Positions 38,816-48,286 of a stretch of 64,000 bases of DNA are shown piece after piece. Source of the stretch: Pseudomonadota bacterium (GTDB taxonomy: Bacteria > Pseudomonadota > Gammaproteobacteria > Steroidobacterales > Woeseiaceae). The position numbers and the translations under genes are program-made. The stretch lies in NCBI GenBank assembly GCA_027618995.1, contig JAQCGO010000008.1, forward strand, positions 271 to 64,270. The letters run 5' to 3'. Position 1 is the first letter of the stretch. Each line of letters begins with the position of its first letter. The notes under the pieces are model-generated. The model did no database searches, was not told the origin of the DNA, and saw only the letters and a list, made by a program, of their open reading frames with translations.

Positions 38816-40033
38816 CTAAGAGGCCAGCCTTAGCCGGCCGATATCCTGCAAGACCGCGCGGATCCGGGTAACCGCCCAGTCGATTTCGGCCTTGCTGATA
38901 ATCAGTGGTGGTGCAAGGCGGACGACGGTCTTATGGGTTTCCTTACTGAGTACGCCGCGCTGCATCAACGCCTCGCAGATCTCGCGCGCTTGCGCCAGTT
39001 CCGCGTCGATTTCGATGCCAATGAACAAGCCCCGGCCGCGCAGGTCCTTGATCAACGGGCTCTTGATTGCGGCCAGTTCGGCGAGCAGGTAGTCGCCCAA
39101 TTCGGCGCTGCGCTCGGCCAACCGTTCTTCAACCAGGATATTGAGAGCTTCGAGACCTACGGCAGCGGCTAACGGGTTGCCACCGAAAGTGCTGCCATGA
39201 TCGCCGGGCGAAAAAACCTGCATGACCTCGCGTCGAGCGAGGAATGCGGAGACGGGCAAAATCCCACCACCGAGCGCCTTGCCGAGCATCAGCCCATCGG
39301 GCTTTACGTTTTCGTGTTCACAGGCCAGCATTTTTCCCGTGCGGCCAAGACCGGTCTGGATCTCGTCAACCAGCAACAACACGTTGTGTTTCCTGCACAG
39401 CTGTTCGGCTGCTTTGAGGTAGCCCGCGGGAGGCATGATGATGCCGCCCTCGCCCTGAATCGGTTCGACCAGGAACCCGGCCGTATTCTTGTTGATAGCC
39501 GCCTCGAGGGCGCCAATATCGCCATATTCCACGAGTCGAAAGCCGTCCGGAAACGGCCCGAATCCATCCTGATATTGCGGCTCGTCCGACATCGTTAGGA
39601 TGGCAATTGTGCGGCCGTGGAAATTGCCCGAACAGGCGATGATCTCGGCCTTGTTGCTGGCGACGCCCTTGACCGAGTAGGCCCACTTGCGCGCGGCTTT
39701 GATCGCCGTCTCGACGGCCTCGGCGCCCGTGTTCATCGGCAGCGCCATGTCCTGTCCGGTCAGAGTGCATAGTCGCTCGAGAAACGGGCCGAGCTTGTCG
39801 CTGTAAAACGCACGCGACACGACACTCAATTGCGCAACCTGCTCCTGCACGAGTCGCACCAGTCGCGGGTTCGCGTGACCATGACTGACGGCCGAGTAGG
39901 CGCTCATCATGTCGAGATACTTCTTGCCGTCGACATCCCAGACATAGACACCCTCGCCGCGTGTCAATACGACTGGCAAGGGCTTGTAGTTTTGGGCACA
40001 GTAACGTGCCTCCAGATCGATGCGGCTTGTCAT
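38816..40033 (-). CDS. rocD: Ornithine--oxo-acid aminotransferase (class III aminotransferase)
   Basis: 405 aa. N-terminus YCAQNYKPLPVVLTRGEGVYVWDVDGKKYLDMMSAYSAVSHGH is RocD-like. LLLVDEIQTGLGRTGK, with PLP lysine in GKALGGG. Confidence 0.8.
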   Translation of the reverse strand: MTSRIDLEARYCAQNYKPLPVVLTRGEGVYVWDVDGKKYLDMMSAYSAVSHGHANPRLVRLVQEQVAQLSVVSRAFYSDKLGPFLERLCTLTGQDMALPMNTGAEAVETAIKAARKWAYSVKGVASNKAEIIACSGNFHGRTIAILTMSDEPQYQDGFGPFPDGFRLVEYGDIGALEAAINKNTAGFLVEPIQGEGGIIMPPAGYLKAAEQLCRKHNVLLLVDEIQTGLGRTGKMLACEHENVKPDGLMLGKALGGGILPVSAFLARREVMQVFSPGDHGSTFGGNPLAAAVGLEALNILVEERLAERSAELGDYLLAELAAIKSPLIKDLRGRGLFIGIEIDAELAQAREICEALMQRGVLSKETHKTVVRLAPPLIISKAEIDWAVTRIRAVLQDIGRLRLAS

Positions 40034-40108
40034 TGGGATCTTGTCACTTTGCAGAGGCCTGCAATTTTACAGCAATAACATTCACTTAAGCCAATATTGG
40101 ACGCACAC

Positions 40109-40768
40109 ATGAGCAATCAGCTGCCGCGATCACAAAAAGTATCAATACCCGGTCCGGTCGGCATTCTCGAAGCGATCCTGGAGACTCCGGCTGATGCGAC
40201 GGTACTCGGCGTCGTGCTGGTCTGCCACCCGCACCCGCAGCACGGTGGCACCCTGCATAACAAGGTTGTACACACGCTGGCCCGTGCATTCGTCCGCATG
40301 GGTTTTGCGGCCTTGCGCTTCAATTTTCGCGGGGTGCAGGGGAGTGCGGGCGAGTACGACGAAGGTGTTGGCGAGCTGGCCGATGCGCTCGCCGCGCTGG
40401 CGTGGTTGCGGGCTGAATCTGGTGCCGGGGCAGTCTGGCTGGCGGGTTTTTCCTTCGGCGCAGCGATTGCGATTCGTGCCGCCGTCAGCAGCGAGCCGGA
40501 GGGCCTGATCAGCGTTGCACCGGCCGTTGCGCGTTTCGCGGCTGATCTAGAGGGCCAGCCGGCATGTCCGTGGTTATTGGTGCAGGGCGATCAGGACGAG
40601 CTGGTGGATATCGAGACGACGATCGACTGGGTGCATAAGCTGCGGCCAGGGCCAGAGCTTGCTGTCATGGCGGGCGCCGATCATTTTTTCCACGGCAGAC
40701 TGGTCGAACTGCGGGGCGTGGTGACGGATTTCGTGCAAGAAAAAGGGGAATTTGCTGCATCGCCTTGA
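40109..40768 (+). CDS. Alpha/beta hydrolase family protein
   Basis: ORF 40097..40768. CHPHPQHGGTLHNKVV and nucleophile elbow GFSFGA. Confidence 0.7.
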   Translation: MSNQLPRSQKVSIPGPVGILEAILETPADATVLGVVLVCHPHPQHGGTLHNKVVHTLARAFVRMGFAALRFNFRGVQGSAGEYDEGVGELADALAALAWLRAESGAGAVWLAGFSFGAAIAIRAAVSSEPEGLISVAPAVARFAADLEGQPACPWLLVQGDQDELVDIETTIDWVHKLRPGPELAVMAGADHFFHGRLVELRGVVTDFVQEKGEFAASP

Positions 40769-40834
40769 TCAGCCTTCAGGCCAATCAGAGCAACGCGGTA
40801 AATTCCCCGATTATTTCCCCTGAAAAGCTGAGGG

Positions 40835-41155
40835 TCAAACCATGTCTTTCAGGCCTTTCAATGCCAGAACCTTGACCGCCTTTGAGGCCGGCTTGGCTTT
40901 GAACATCATTTCTGCGCCCGTGAACGGATTGGTTCCCTGGCGAGCCTTGCGGGCTGGTTTCTTCACAACGCGCATCTTCAAAAGACCCGGCAAGGAGAAC
41001 AGGCCCGGGGCGTTACGACCGCCGAGGCTCTTCTTGATCTGGCGATTGAGCGAATCAAATACTGCGGCGACATCCTTGCGGGTCAAACCGGTATCTGCAA
41101 CGATCTTTGCATAGATTTCTGACTTGGTTGGTGGCTTGTTCGTGATCTCTGCCAT
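40835..41155 (-). CDS. HU-family DNA-binding protein
   Basis: 106 aa. TKSEIYAKIVADTGLTRKDVAAVFDSL...GTNPFTGAEMMFKAKPASKAVKV, an HU/IHF fold with a proline-containing arm. Confidence 0.85.
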   Translation of the reverse strand: MAEITNKPPTKSEIYAKIVADTGLTRKDVAAVFDSLNRQIKKSLGGRNAPGLFSLPGLLKMRVVKKPARKARQGTNPFTGAEMMFKAKPASKAVKVLALKGLKDMV

Positions 41156-41170
41156 GAATTGCTGACTCCC

Positions 41171-41197
41171 TAAAAAACGAAAGCGGGCCTATGCCCG
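41171..41197 (-). terminator. Intrinsic terminator-like hairpin between the DUF4426 gene and the HU gene
   Basis: Minus strand reads GCGGGC-ATAG-GCCCGC followed by TTTCGTTTTTT. It ends only about 16 nt upstream of the HU start codon. Confidence 0.6.
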
Positions 41198-41260
41198 CGC
41201 CATGCGGGCAAGCCCGCGTAAAAAAAGCAGCGCGACAATAACAGGTCTTGGCGGCTATGC

Positions 41261-41770
41261 CTAGTCAGTAAAAAACTCGCGCTTGAAGCGCAACTCACTG
41301 CTGCGATCCACTCCCTCCGGCGTGATACTGAGATCAAACACCAGGGTTTCGCGATTCGCTACCGCAACTTCGCCGATGTAGTAGATTGCGTCGCCTTCCT
41401 CGGCCTTGCGCATCGAAATATTTTTCAGTTGGCCCGTCAGATTGACCGATCCAACGGCGACGGTCGCCGTGACCGCCTTTCCATCAGACTTACGCAATAC
41501 CGAAACATTGAGCATTGCCCGATTCTTGGAACGTACGATGTTGAACGCCCGCGCCACCTCCGGCGTCAGCTGGTCGGTCGAGAGGGCACTGAAATGTACG
41601 ATGTGATCGCCAATATCGGCGTCACTTGCAGCAGCCGGCTGGGCCTGTGGAACGACCGCCGACTCACCTGGTCCACCACACGCGACCAGCATGGTAATCA
41701 AATACAGGGCGATCACTATTCTTGTTTTGGTCACGATTCTTCCCTCCTGTGTCGGCTCACTATAAACCAT
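41261..41770 (-). CDS. DUF4426 domain lipoprotein
   Basis: 169 aa. Lipobox MLVACGG. Sequence and position next to yggT/proC match the DUF4426 family as I recall it. Confidence 0.7.
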   Translation of the reverse strand: MVYSEPTQEGRIVTKTRIVIALYLITMLVACGGPGESAVVPQAQPAAASDADIGDHIVHFSALSTDQLTPEVARAFNIVRSKNRAMLNVSVLRKSDGKAVTATVAVGSVNLTGQLKNISMRKAEEGDAIYYIGEVAVANRETLVFDLSITPEGVDRSSELRFKREFFTD

Positions 41771-41812
41771 TTATTGACCGCGCCGCGATACGCAGCGGTG
41801 GTGCAATGCCCG

Positions 41813-42358
41813 TCAAAGCAGCCACTCCAGGGAGTCCTGCAGCAATATAGAGAAGGCGCCCAACAGGATAATCGTGAAAACCGGCGAAAGATCAAAACCG
41901 CCGAGGGGCGGAATGTACCGGCGACATGGTGCGAGTAGTGGTTCGGTCATACTGGTCAGAATCGCGGTGACTGGATTGTATGTTTGTGGTGCGACCCAGC
42001 TCAGGACGATGCGGATGATGATCGCGAACATGAACAGACGTAAGGACAGAATGGCCAGCTGAAACGTCGTACCCAGTACGACGACTTTCGCACCTGGCTG
42101 GTTACCGCTGAGCAGTATGACCAGTATCAGCGTCAATGCCTGCACCAGGAATGCGACCAGGATAGTGGCCGTATCAACGCGGCCGATGGCGGGAACGACT
42201 CGCCGCAGCGGATTGATGATCGGTGACGTGGCCTGCAATATTCCCTGCGCGAGCGGGTTGCGAAAGTCCACGCGAAACCACGGCAGCCAGAAGCGCAACA
42301 GGAACACCAGCGTGATCAGCATCGACAGCGCATTGATGATGTAGATCAGTGCTCGCAT
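41813..42358 (-). CDS. yggT: YggT family membrane protein
   Basis: 181 aa. Two YGGT repeats (LRFWLPWF...NPL; IVLSWV...NPV). Confidence 0.85.
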   Translation of the reverse strand: MRALIYIINALSMLITLVFLLRFWLPWFRVDFRNPLAQGILQATSPIINPLRRVVPAIGRVDTATILVAFLVQALTLILVILLSGNQPGAKVVVLGTTFQLAILSLRLFMFAIIIRIVLSWVAPQTYNPVTAILTSMTEPLLAPCRRYIPPLGGFDLSPVFTIILLGAFSILLQDSLEWLL

Positions 42359-43197
42359 TATTTTTCCGCCTCGTTCGCCAGAATGACGGCCCGATCCCGC
42401 GCCGCCCTCAGAGCCGTAGCAAAGATAGCACGGACACCCTGTTGTTCGAGGCTGTCGAGCGCCGCGGCCGTTGTGCCACCCGGCGACCGGACCCGCGCTA
42501 TCAATTCGTCCATCATCGCGTCAGTGTCGGCGGCAAGCGCGGCCGCACCGAGCGCGGTTTGCACGGCGAGCGCACGCGCCGCTGCGGCGTCAAGACCCAT
42601 GCTTGTTGCCGTCTTGATGAGCATGTCGATCAGCAAATAGAAATAGGCGGGCCCGCTGCCCGAGATCGCGGTCACCGTATCGATATCCGTTTCATCATTT
42701 ACCCACACCAGTTCGCCGACGGCGCTCATGATCGTGGCCGCCAAGTCTCGATCGTCATCGCTCACCTGCTTATTGGCGAACAGCGCAGACGCACCGAGCC
42801 CGAGCAAGGCGGGCTGGTTCGGCATGACGCGTATCAGGGCGAGCCCGCCACCCAGCCAGGACGTGATGGTCTGACTGCGGACGCCCGCGGCGATCGAAAT
42901 TATCAGCGGTTTTCGATCCTGTACCGCAGCAGCCAGGCTCGCACAAACGTCGCCAAGCACCTGCGGTTTGGTCGCGAGTACGAGGCAATCGACAGCACCG
43001 GCCAGCGCCGCATTGTCAGCGCTGATTGCGACACCGGCCAACGTTGCACTCAGTCGTGAGCGTTGTTCCGCGACCGGTTCCGATATGTGAATCCGTGCGC
43101 TTGGGAAACCGCTGTTGAGCAGCCCGCCGGCGATGGCAATCGTCATATTGCCGCCGCCAATGAATCCGATTTGCCTGTCGCCGCGTTGTTCGCTCAT
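42358..43197 (-). CDS. proC: Pyrroline-5-carboxylate reductase
   Basis: 279 aa. IGFIGGGNM Rossmann motif and the C-terminal VRSPGGTTAAAL signature. Confidence 0.9.
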   Translation of the reverse strand: MSEQRGDRQIGFIGGGNMTIAIAGGLLNSGFPSARIHISEPVAEQRSRLSATLAGVAISADNAALAGAVDCLVLATKPQVLGDVCASLAAAVQDRKPLIISIAAGVRSQTITSWLGGGLALIRVMPNQPALLGLGASALFANKQVSDDDRDLAATIMSAVGELVWVNDETDIDTVTAISGSGPAYFYLLIDMLIKTATSMGLDAAAARALAVQTALGAAALAADTDAMMDELIARVRSPGGTTAAALDSLEQQGVRAIFATALRAARDRAVILANEAEK

Positions 43198-43199
43198 CG

Positions 43200-43949
43200 C
43201 TATTGCCGTGCTCCGAATAGGGCAGTTCCAATGCGGACAATAGTACTGCCTTCAAACACGGCGGCCCTGAAATCGTCGCTCATGCCCATGGACAATGTGT
43301 CGACCGGCAGCCCGTCGCGCCGCAACTCCTCGAAAAGTTCCCGGAGTCTCGCGAACGGTTCACGCTGCGCCGGAAAGCCCTGGCGGATCGCAGGCAGGCA
43401 CATCAGACCACGCAAACGGATCCGCGGCAGGCCCGCTACGCGCCGCGCCAGCGGCAACACTTCGTTGCAGGCGATACCGGACTTGCCAGCCTGGTTATCG
43501 ACATTGACCTGCAGGCAAATATTGAGATCGGCGCGGTCGGCCGGCCGCTGTTCGCTGAGTCGTTCGGCGATCTTGAAGCGGTCTACCGTATGTACCCAGT
43601 GAAAATGAGTGGCTACGGGACGGGTCTTGTTACTCTGCAGGTGGCCGATAAAGTGCCAGACGAGGTCGTTGCGGCCGCTGGCGGCCATCTTGTCGATGCC
43701 TTCCTGGACGAAGTTTTCGCCGAAATCGCGCTGCCCGGCCTCGGCCGCTGCCAGGACGCCCGTAACAGGCTGCATTTTGCTCACAGCCAGCAGCCGGACA
43801 GGGTCCCCGCCGCGCCCGGCGTCCCGGCAGGCTGCCGCCAGCAACTCTCTGATTACGCCTAAGTTTTCCGTGACTCTAATCACGTTTTGCTCCGGGTGCT
43901 TCGCTATACTAGCCTTCAATCCAGGCCGGGTTATGGTAAGTCCGGCCAT
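43200..43949 (-). CDS. yggS: YggS-family PLP homeostasis protein
   Basis: 249 aa. LLAVSKMQP (PLP lysine), GENFVQE, WHFIGHLQSNK, LSMGMSDDF, IRIGTALFG. Confidence 0.9.
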   Translation of the reverse strand: MAGLTITRPGLKASIAKHPEQNVIRVTENLGVIRELLAAACRDAGRGGDPVRLLAVSKMQPVTGVLAAAEAGQRDFGENFVQEGIDKMAASGRNDLVWHFIGHLQSNKTRPVATHFHWVHTVDRFKIAERLSEQRPADRADLNICLQVNVDNQAGKSGIACNEVLPLARRVAGLPRIRLRGLMCLPAIRQGFPAQREPFARLRELFEELRRDGLPVDTLSMGMSDDFRAAVFEGSTIVRIGTALFGARQ

Positions 43950-43967
43950 CTACCATGAGGGAGCAGT

Positions 43968-45007
43968 ATGGCCGTCGACGTTGCCCAGTTGTTGTCGTTC
44001 ACGGTAAAGAACAACGCATCCGACCTGCATCTGTCGGGCGGTGTGCCGCCCATGATTCGGGTGGATGGTGATATCAAGCGTATCAACATGCCGGCACTGA
44101 CCCACAAAAACGTCAATAGCATGATGTACGACATCATGAATGACAAGCAGCGCAAGGACTACGAAGAATTCCTCGAGACTGACTTCTCCTTTGAAATTCC
44201 GAAACTGGCACGTTTTCGTGTCAATGCCTTTAACCAGAATCGCGGCTCAGCCGCTGTATTTCGCATCATTCCCTCGGTCATTCTGAGCCTTGACGAGCTC
44301 GGCGCGCCGGCCATTTTCAAAGACATCTGCATGTATCCACGCGGCATTTGTCTCGTCACCGGGCCGACCGGTTCCGGCAAGTCGACGACGCTCGCAGCGA
44401 TGATTGATTACATCAACGACAACAAACCCGATCACATCCTGACCATTGAGGATCCGATCGAGTTTGTGCACGAATCAAAGAAGTGTCTGATCAACCACGT
44501 GAAGTGCACCGCGACACGCTGGGCTTCAACGAGGCCCTGCGCTCGGCGTTGCGTGAAGATCCTGACATTATTCTGGTTGGTGAGTTGCGCGACCTTGAGA
44601 CAATTCGCCTGGCATTGACGGCGGCCGAAACAGGCCACCTGGTGTTCGGCACACTGCACACGAGCTCCGCTGCGAAAACCATCGACCTGGTCGTTGACGT
44701 ATTTCCGGCGGCCGAGAAAGAAATGGTGCGGGCAATGCTGTCCGAATCATTGCGTGCGGTAATTTCGCAATCGTTGTTGAAACGAATCGGTGGCGGACGC
44801 ATCGCGGCGCACGAGATCATGATTGGCACGCCGGCAATTCGTAACCTGATTCGCGAAGGCAAGATCGCGCAAATGTACTCGGCGATTCAAACCGGCCAGA
44901 ACAATGGTATGCATACGCTGGACCAGAACCTGTCCGAGCTCCTATCGAAAGGCCTGATCAATAAAGAAGAAGCTCGATTCCGTGCGGTACACAAAGAGAA
45001 TTTCTAG
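43968..45007 (+). pseudogene. pilT: Type IV pilus retraction ATPase PilT, disrupted by a 1-nt deletion
   Basis: ORF 43968..44618 matches PilT up to ...DPIEFVHESKKCLIN. PilT then continues in another frame (ORF 44483..45007: REVHRDTLGFNEALRSALREDPDIILVGELRDLETI...). The frame switches at 44496-44498. Confidence 0.9.
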
Positions 45008-45044
45008 GATTGCTCGACGGGCATCCTCGCAGGAGAACGGCACG

Positions 45045-46202
45045 ATGGAACGCGAACAAGCGGTACGACTGACACAGAATCTGCTACGCAAGATGGTGGA
45101 GCGTGATGGCTCGGACCTTTTCCTGACCAAGGGTTTTCCGCCGGTGATCAAAGTCGACGGCACGATTCACAAGGCAACGGACACCCCGTTGTCTGCGGAT
45201 CAGGCCGCCATCATGGTGCGCTCGATCATGAACGACAAGCAGATCAAAGAGTTCGACGCGACCAAGGAATGTAATTTTGCAATTGCCCCGCAGGGCATCG
45301 GCCGGTTCCGCGTCAGCGCGTTTATTCAGCAGGGTTATGTTGGGGCTGTATTGCGCACGATCACGACCGAGATCCCGACACTCGAGGACCTCGAGTTACC
45401 GCCGATTCTCAAGGACGTGGTCATGAACAAGCGTGGCCTCGTCATCGTTGTTGGCGGCACGGGTTCGGGTAAATCCACCACGATGGCGGCGATGATTGGC
45501 CATCGCAACGCAAACTCGCGCGGCCATATTGTTTCCATTGAAGATCCGGTTGAATACGTTCACCCGCATAACGGTTGTGTCATTACGCAGCGCGAAGTGG
45601 GTTTCGATACGGAAACCTGGCACGCGGCACTGAAAAACACCCTGCGGCAGGCGCCGGACGTGATCCTGATTGGCGAAATACGTGATCGCGAGACGATGGA
45701 GTACGGCATTCAGTTTGCTGAAACGGGCCACCTCTGCCTTGCGACCCTGCACGCCAACAGCACGAACCAGGCGCTTGATCGCATTATCAACTTCTTCTCC
45801 GAAGAACGACGCCAGCAATTGCTGATGGACCTGTCGCTGAATACCAAGGCGTTTATTTCGCAACGCCTCGTGCCACGCGAAGGCGGCGTTGGCCGTGTTG
45901 CGGCCATGGAAATCATGCTCAATACGCCATTGGTGGCGGACCTGATCTTCAAGGATGAAGTTGGCCAGATCAAGGAAATCATGAGCAAGTCTACCCGTCT
46001 CGGCATGCAGACCTTCGACCAGGCGTTGTTCTCCCTGTACGAAGACGTGGCAATTTCATACGAAGAGGCGATGCGTAACGCTGACTCGAAGAACGAATTG
46101 CGCTTGCGCGTCAAGCTTGAAAGTAAGCGGGATTCTTCAATTGCCGACCAGCAATCCGAGAGCCTCAATATCGTGGAAGACGATACCGCTCAGACTTTTT
46201 GA
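45045..46202 (+). CDS. pilU: PilU-type type IV pilus ATPase
   Basis: ATG at 45045 preceded by AGGAGA, within ORF 44982..46202. GGTGSGKSTT, SIEDPVEY, GHLCLATLHAN, ADSKNELRL; collinear with P. aeruginosa PilU as recalled. Confidence 0.85.
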   Translation: MEREQAVRLTQNLLRKMVERDGSDLFLTKGFPPVIKVDGTIHKATDTPLSADQAAIMVRSIMNDKQIKEFDATKECNFAIAPQGIGRFRVSAFIQQGYVGAVLRTITTEIPTLEDLELPPILKDVVMNKRGLVIVVGGTGSGKSTTMAAMIGHRNANSRGHIVSIEDPVEYVHPHNGCVITQREVGFDTETWHAALKNTLRQAPDVILIGEIRDRETMEYGIQFAETGHLCLATLHANSTNQALDRIINFFSEERRQQLLMDLSLNTKAFISQRLVPREGGVGRVAAMEIMLNTPLVADLIFKDEVGQIKEIMSKSTRLGMQTFDQALFSLYEDVAISYEEAMRNADSKNELRLRVKLESKRDSSIADQQSESLNIVEDDTAQTF

Positions 46203-46223
46203 GACTCACGGAAGAATGTATAG

Positions 46224-47282
46224 ATGAATGTAAAGCCGCTATTCAAGTTGATGGTCGAGAAAAAGGCCTCGGATCTTTTCTTCGCGCCATTCGCCCCTGC
46301 CAAGATCAAGATTGACGGCAAGATCATGCCGGTCAACAAACTTGAGATGACGCCGAAGATGGTGAAACAGGCAGCGCTGGAGTTGATGAACGAAGACCAG
46401 CTCGAGATGTTTACGCGCGATCTCGAGATCGATTTTGCTATTTCCGAAACTGGTCTTGGCCGCTTTCGTGTCAATGTTTTCCATCAACGCGGCAACGTCG
46501 CAATGGTGTTGCGTTACATCACCTCGGAATTGCCGACGCTGGACGAGCTGGGCATACCGGAGCAACTGAAGGACCTGGTCATGTTGCGTCGCGGTCTGGT
46601 GCTGATGGTCGGTTCGACCGGTTGCGGTAAATCGACAACGCTGGCCGCGATGATCAATCATCGCAACGAGATGACTTCGTCGCACATCATAATGGTGGAA
46701 GATCCGATCGAATTCCTGCACCCGAACAAGAAGTCGATCGTCAATCAACGCGAAATCGGACTGGATACCCGGTCCTACGAACGCGCTCTCAAGAGCGCCA
46801 TGCGCGCCGCGCCCGACGTCATCCAGATCGGCGAGATCCGCGATCGTGAATCAATGCAGGCGGCGCTCGACATGGCCGGCACCGGGCATCTGGTCCTCGG
46901 TACCTTGCACTCGAACAATGCAGCGGAAACGCTCGACCGCGTCATCAACATGTTTCCGCAGCCACAGCACGGCCAGGTATTCATGGATCTGGGCCACTAT
47001 TTGCGCGCCATTTTGTCGCAGCGCCTGGTTCGCTCACGCGGCGGCAAGCTCGTGGCCGCAGTAGAGTTGATGCTCAACACGCCACACATCAAGGACCTGA
47101 TCCTCAAAGGCGATATCTCGGCTGTCAAAGAGGCGCACAAGGAGTCGGGTGAGCAGGGCATGCAAACCTTCGACGATGCGCTGCTCGGACTTTACAAGGC
47201 CGGCACCATCACTCTCGAAGAGGCGATGTCACACGCGGATTCGCGTTCTAACCTGGAAGCGAAGATCAATTTCGGCAGTTAG
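46224..47282 (+). CDS. Second PilU/PilT-family hexameric ATPase paralogue
   Basis: 352 aa. GSTGCGKSTT Walker A, MVEDPIEF, GHLVLGTLHSNNA, ADSRSNLEAKI. All motifs intact. Confidence 0.8.
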   Translation: MNVKPLFKLMVEKKASDLFFAPFAPAKIKIDGKIMPVNKLEMTPKMVKQAALELMNEDQLEMFTRDLEIDFAISETGLGRFRVNVFHQRGNVAMVLRYITSELPTLDELGIPEQLKDLVMLRRGLVLMVGSTGCGKSTTLAAMINHRNEMTSSHIIMVEDPIEFLHPNKKSIVNQREIGLDTRSYERALKSAMRAAPDVIQIGEIRDRESMQAALDMAGTGHLVLGTLHSNNAAETLDRVINMFPQPQHGQVFMDLGHYLRAILSQRLVRSRGGKLVAAVELMLNTPHIKDLILKGDISAVKEAHKESGEQGMQTFDDALLGLYKAGTITLEEAMSHADSRSNLEAKINFGS

Positions 47283-47376
47283 GAATTAGGCCGCAATCGG
47301 CGCATTCCTCTCCCTCATGGCGCGCTGTGCTGCGCTTTACTTCGGTCGAAGAACGCGCCGATTGCGGCCTAATTCC
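47282..47376. repeat. 22-bp perfect inverted repeat between convergent genes
   Basis: GGAATTAGGCCGCAATCGGCGC (47282-47303) and GCGCCGATTGCGGCCTAATTCC (47355-47376), separated by a 51-nt spacer. The right arm covers the last codons and stop of the pyrK-like gene. Confidence 0.8.
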
Positions 47377-48286
47377 AAACTACGGTGTCAGCTTCGAACA
47401 CCGGGCCATCGACGCAGACACGCTTCATCGCCTTGCCTTCGGGCGTCGTAATTTCGACGGCGCAGCCCGCACAGCCACCGACCGCACAGGCCATGAATTC
47501 CTCGAGCGATACCTGGCAGGGCAGGCTGTATTTCGCGGCTAACGCGGCGACCGCTTTAAGCATCGGCGTCGGGCCGCAGGCGAACAGCTGTATCGAATCA
47601 AGCTCGGCGTCATCGACACTTTGCAACCAGCGTTCGGCCAGATCGGTTACGTAACCGCGGTAACAGCCCGGGAAATTCGCCATGCTCGTCAGCCGGCTCG
47701 GGACGCCCCAGTCTTCCAGCAGCGGCATTGTGTTGTCGACGCCGGTCCCCGCCCATGGCGTTGCAATTGATGACGTTCGCAAGGCAAACGGGAACGGGAT
47801 TTCGGAACCGAGAATGGCCAGTGCCTGCCAGTCAGGGTCGCGCCGCAGCACGTCGGCCAGAAAGACCATCGGTGGAATGCCGACTCCACCGCCCAACAAC
47901 AGGCAACGCCGGCGTGCCGGATTCGGCTGAAACGGCAGGCCAATCGGACCCAGTATGCTGATTTTGTCGCCCGGTTCGTGATTTGCCAGGAGCCGCAAGC
48001 CGTGACCGGCGATCTTGTACAGCACATCGATGCCGTCATCGACCACGCGCATGATCGAGAGTGGTCGCCGCATCGGCAGCGACTCGTCGCAGCTGATGTG
48101 GACAAAATTGCCAGGTTTGGCGTTGGCGGCGCTGTGCGGCGCCCGAATACGCATGATGAATTGCTCGCCTGCAAACTCCTCGATGCCCAGCAGAATTCCT
48201 GATTCGACGAACAGAGTGGCGCGATTGCGCTGCGCGTGTTTTTGCGCTGCGCTCGTCAACGCGAGGCCATTGTGCGGCTGACCCAC
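47369..48286 (-). CDS. PyrK-like FAD/NAD-binding [2Fe-2S] oxidoreductase (dihydroorotate dehydrogenase electron-transfer-subunit family)
   Basis: 305 aa. RPLSIM flavin motif, GGGVGIPP, and C-terminal MACAVGGCAGCAV...VCVDGPVF cluster motif. Confidence 0.75.
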   Translation of the reverse strand: MGQPHNGLALTSAAQKHAQRNRATLFVESGILLGIEEFAGEQFIMRIRAPHSAANAKPGNFVHISCDESLPMRRPLSIMRVVDDGIDVLYKIAGHGLRLLANHEPGDKISILGPIGLPFQPNPARRRCLLLGGGVGIPPMVFLADVLRRDPDWQALAILGSEIPFPFALRTSSIATPWAGTGVDNTMPLLEDWGVPSRLTSMANFPGCYRGYVTDLAERWLQSVDDAELDSIQLFACGPTPMLKAVAALAAKYSLPCQVSLEEFMACAVGGCAGCAVEITTPEGKAMKRVCVDGPVFEADTVVWN

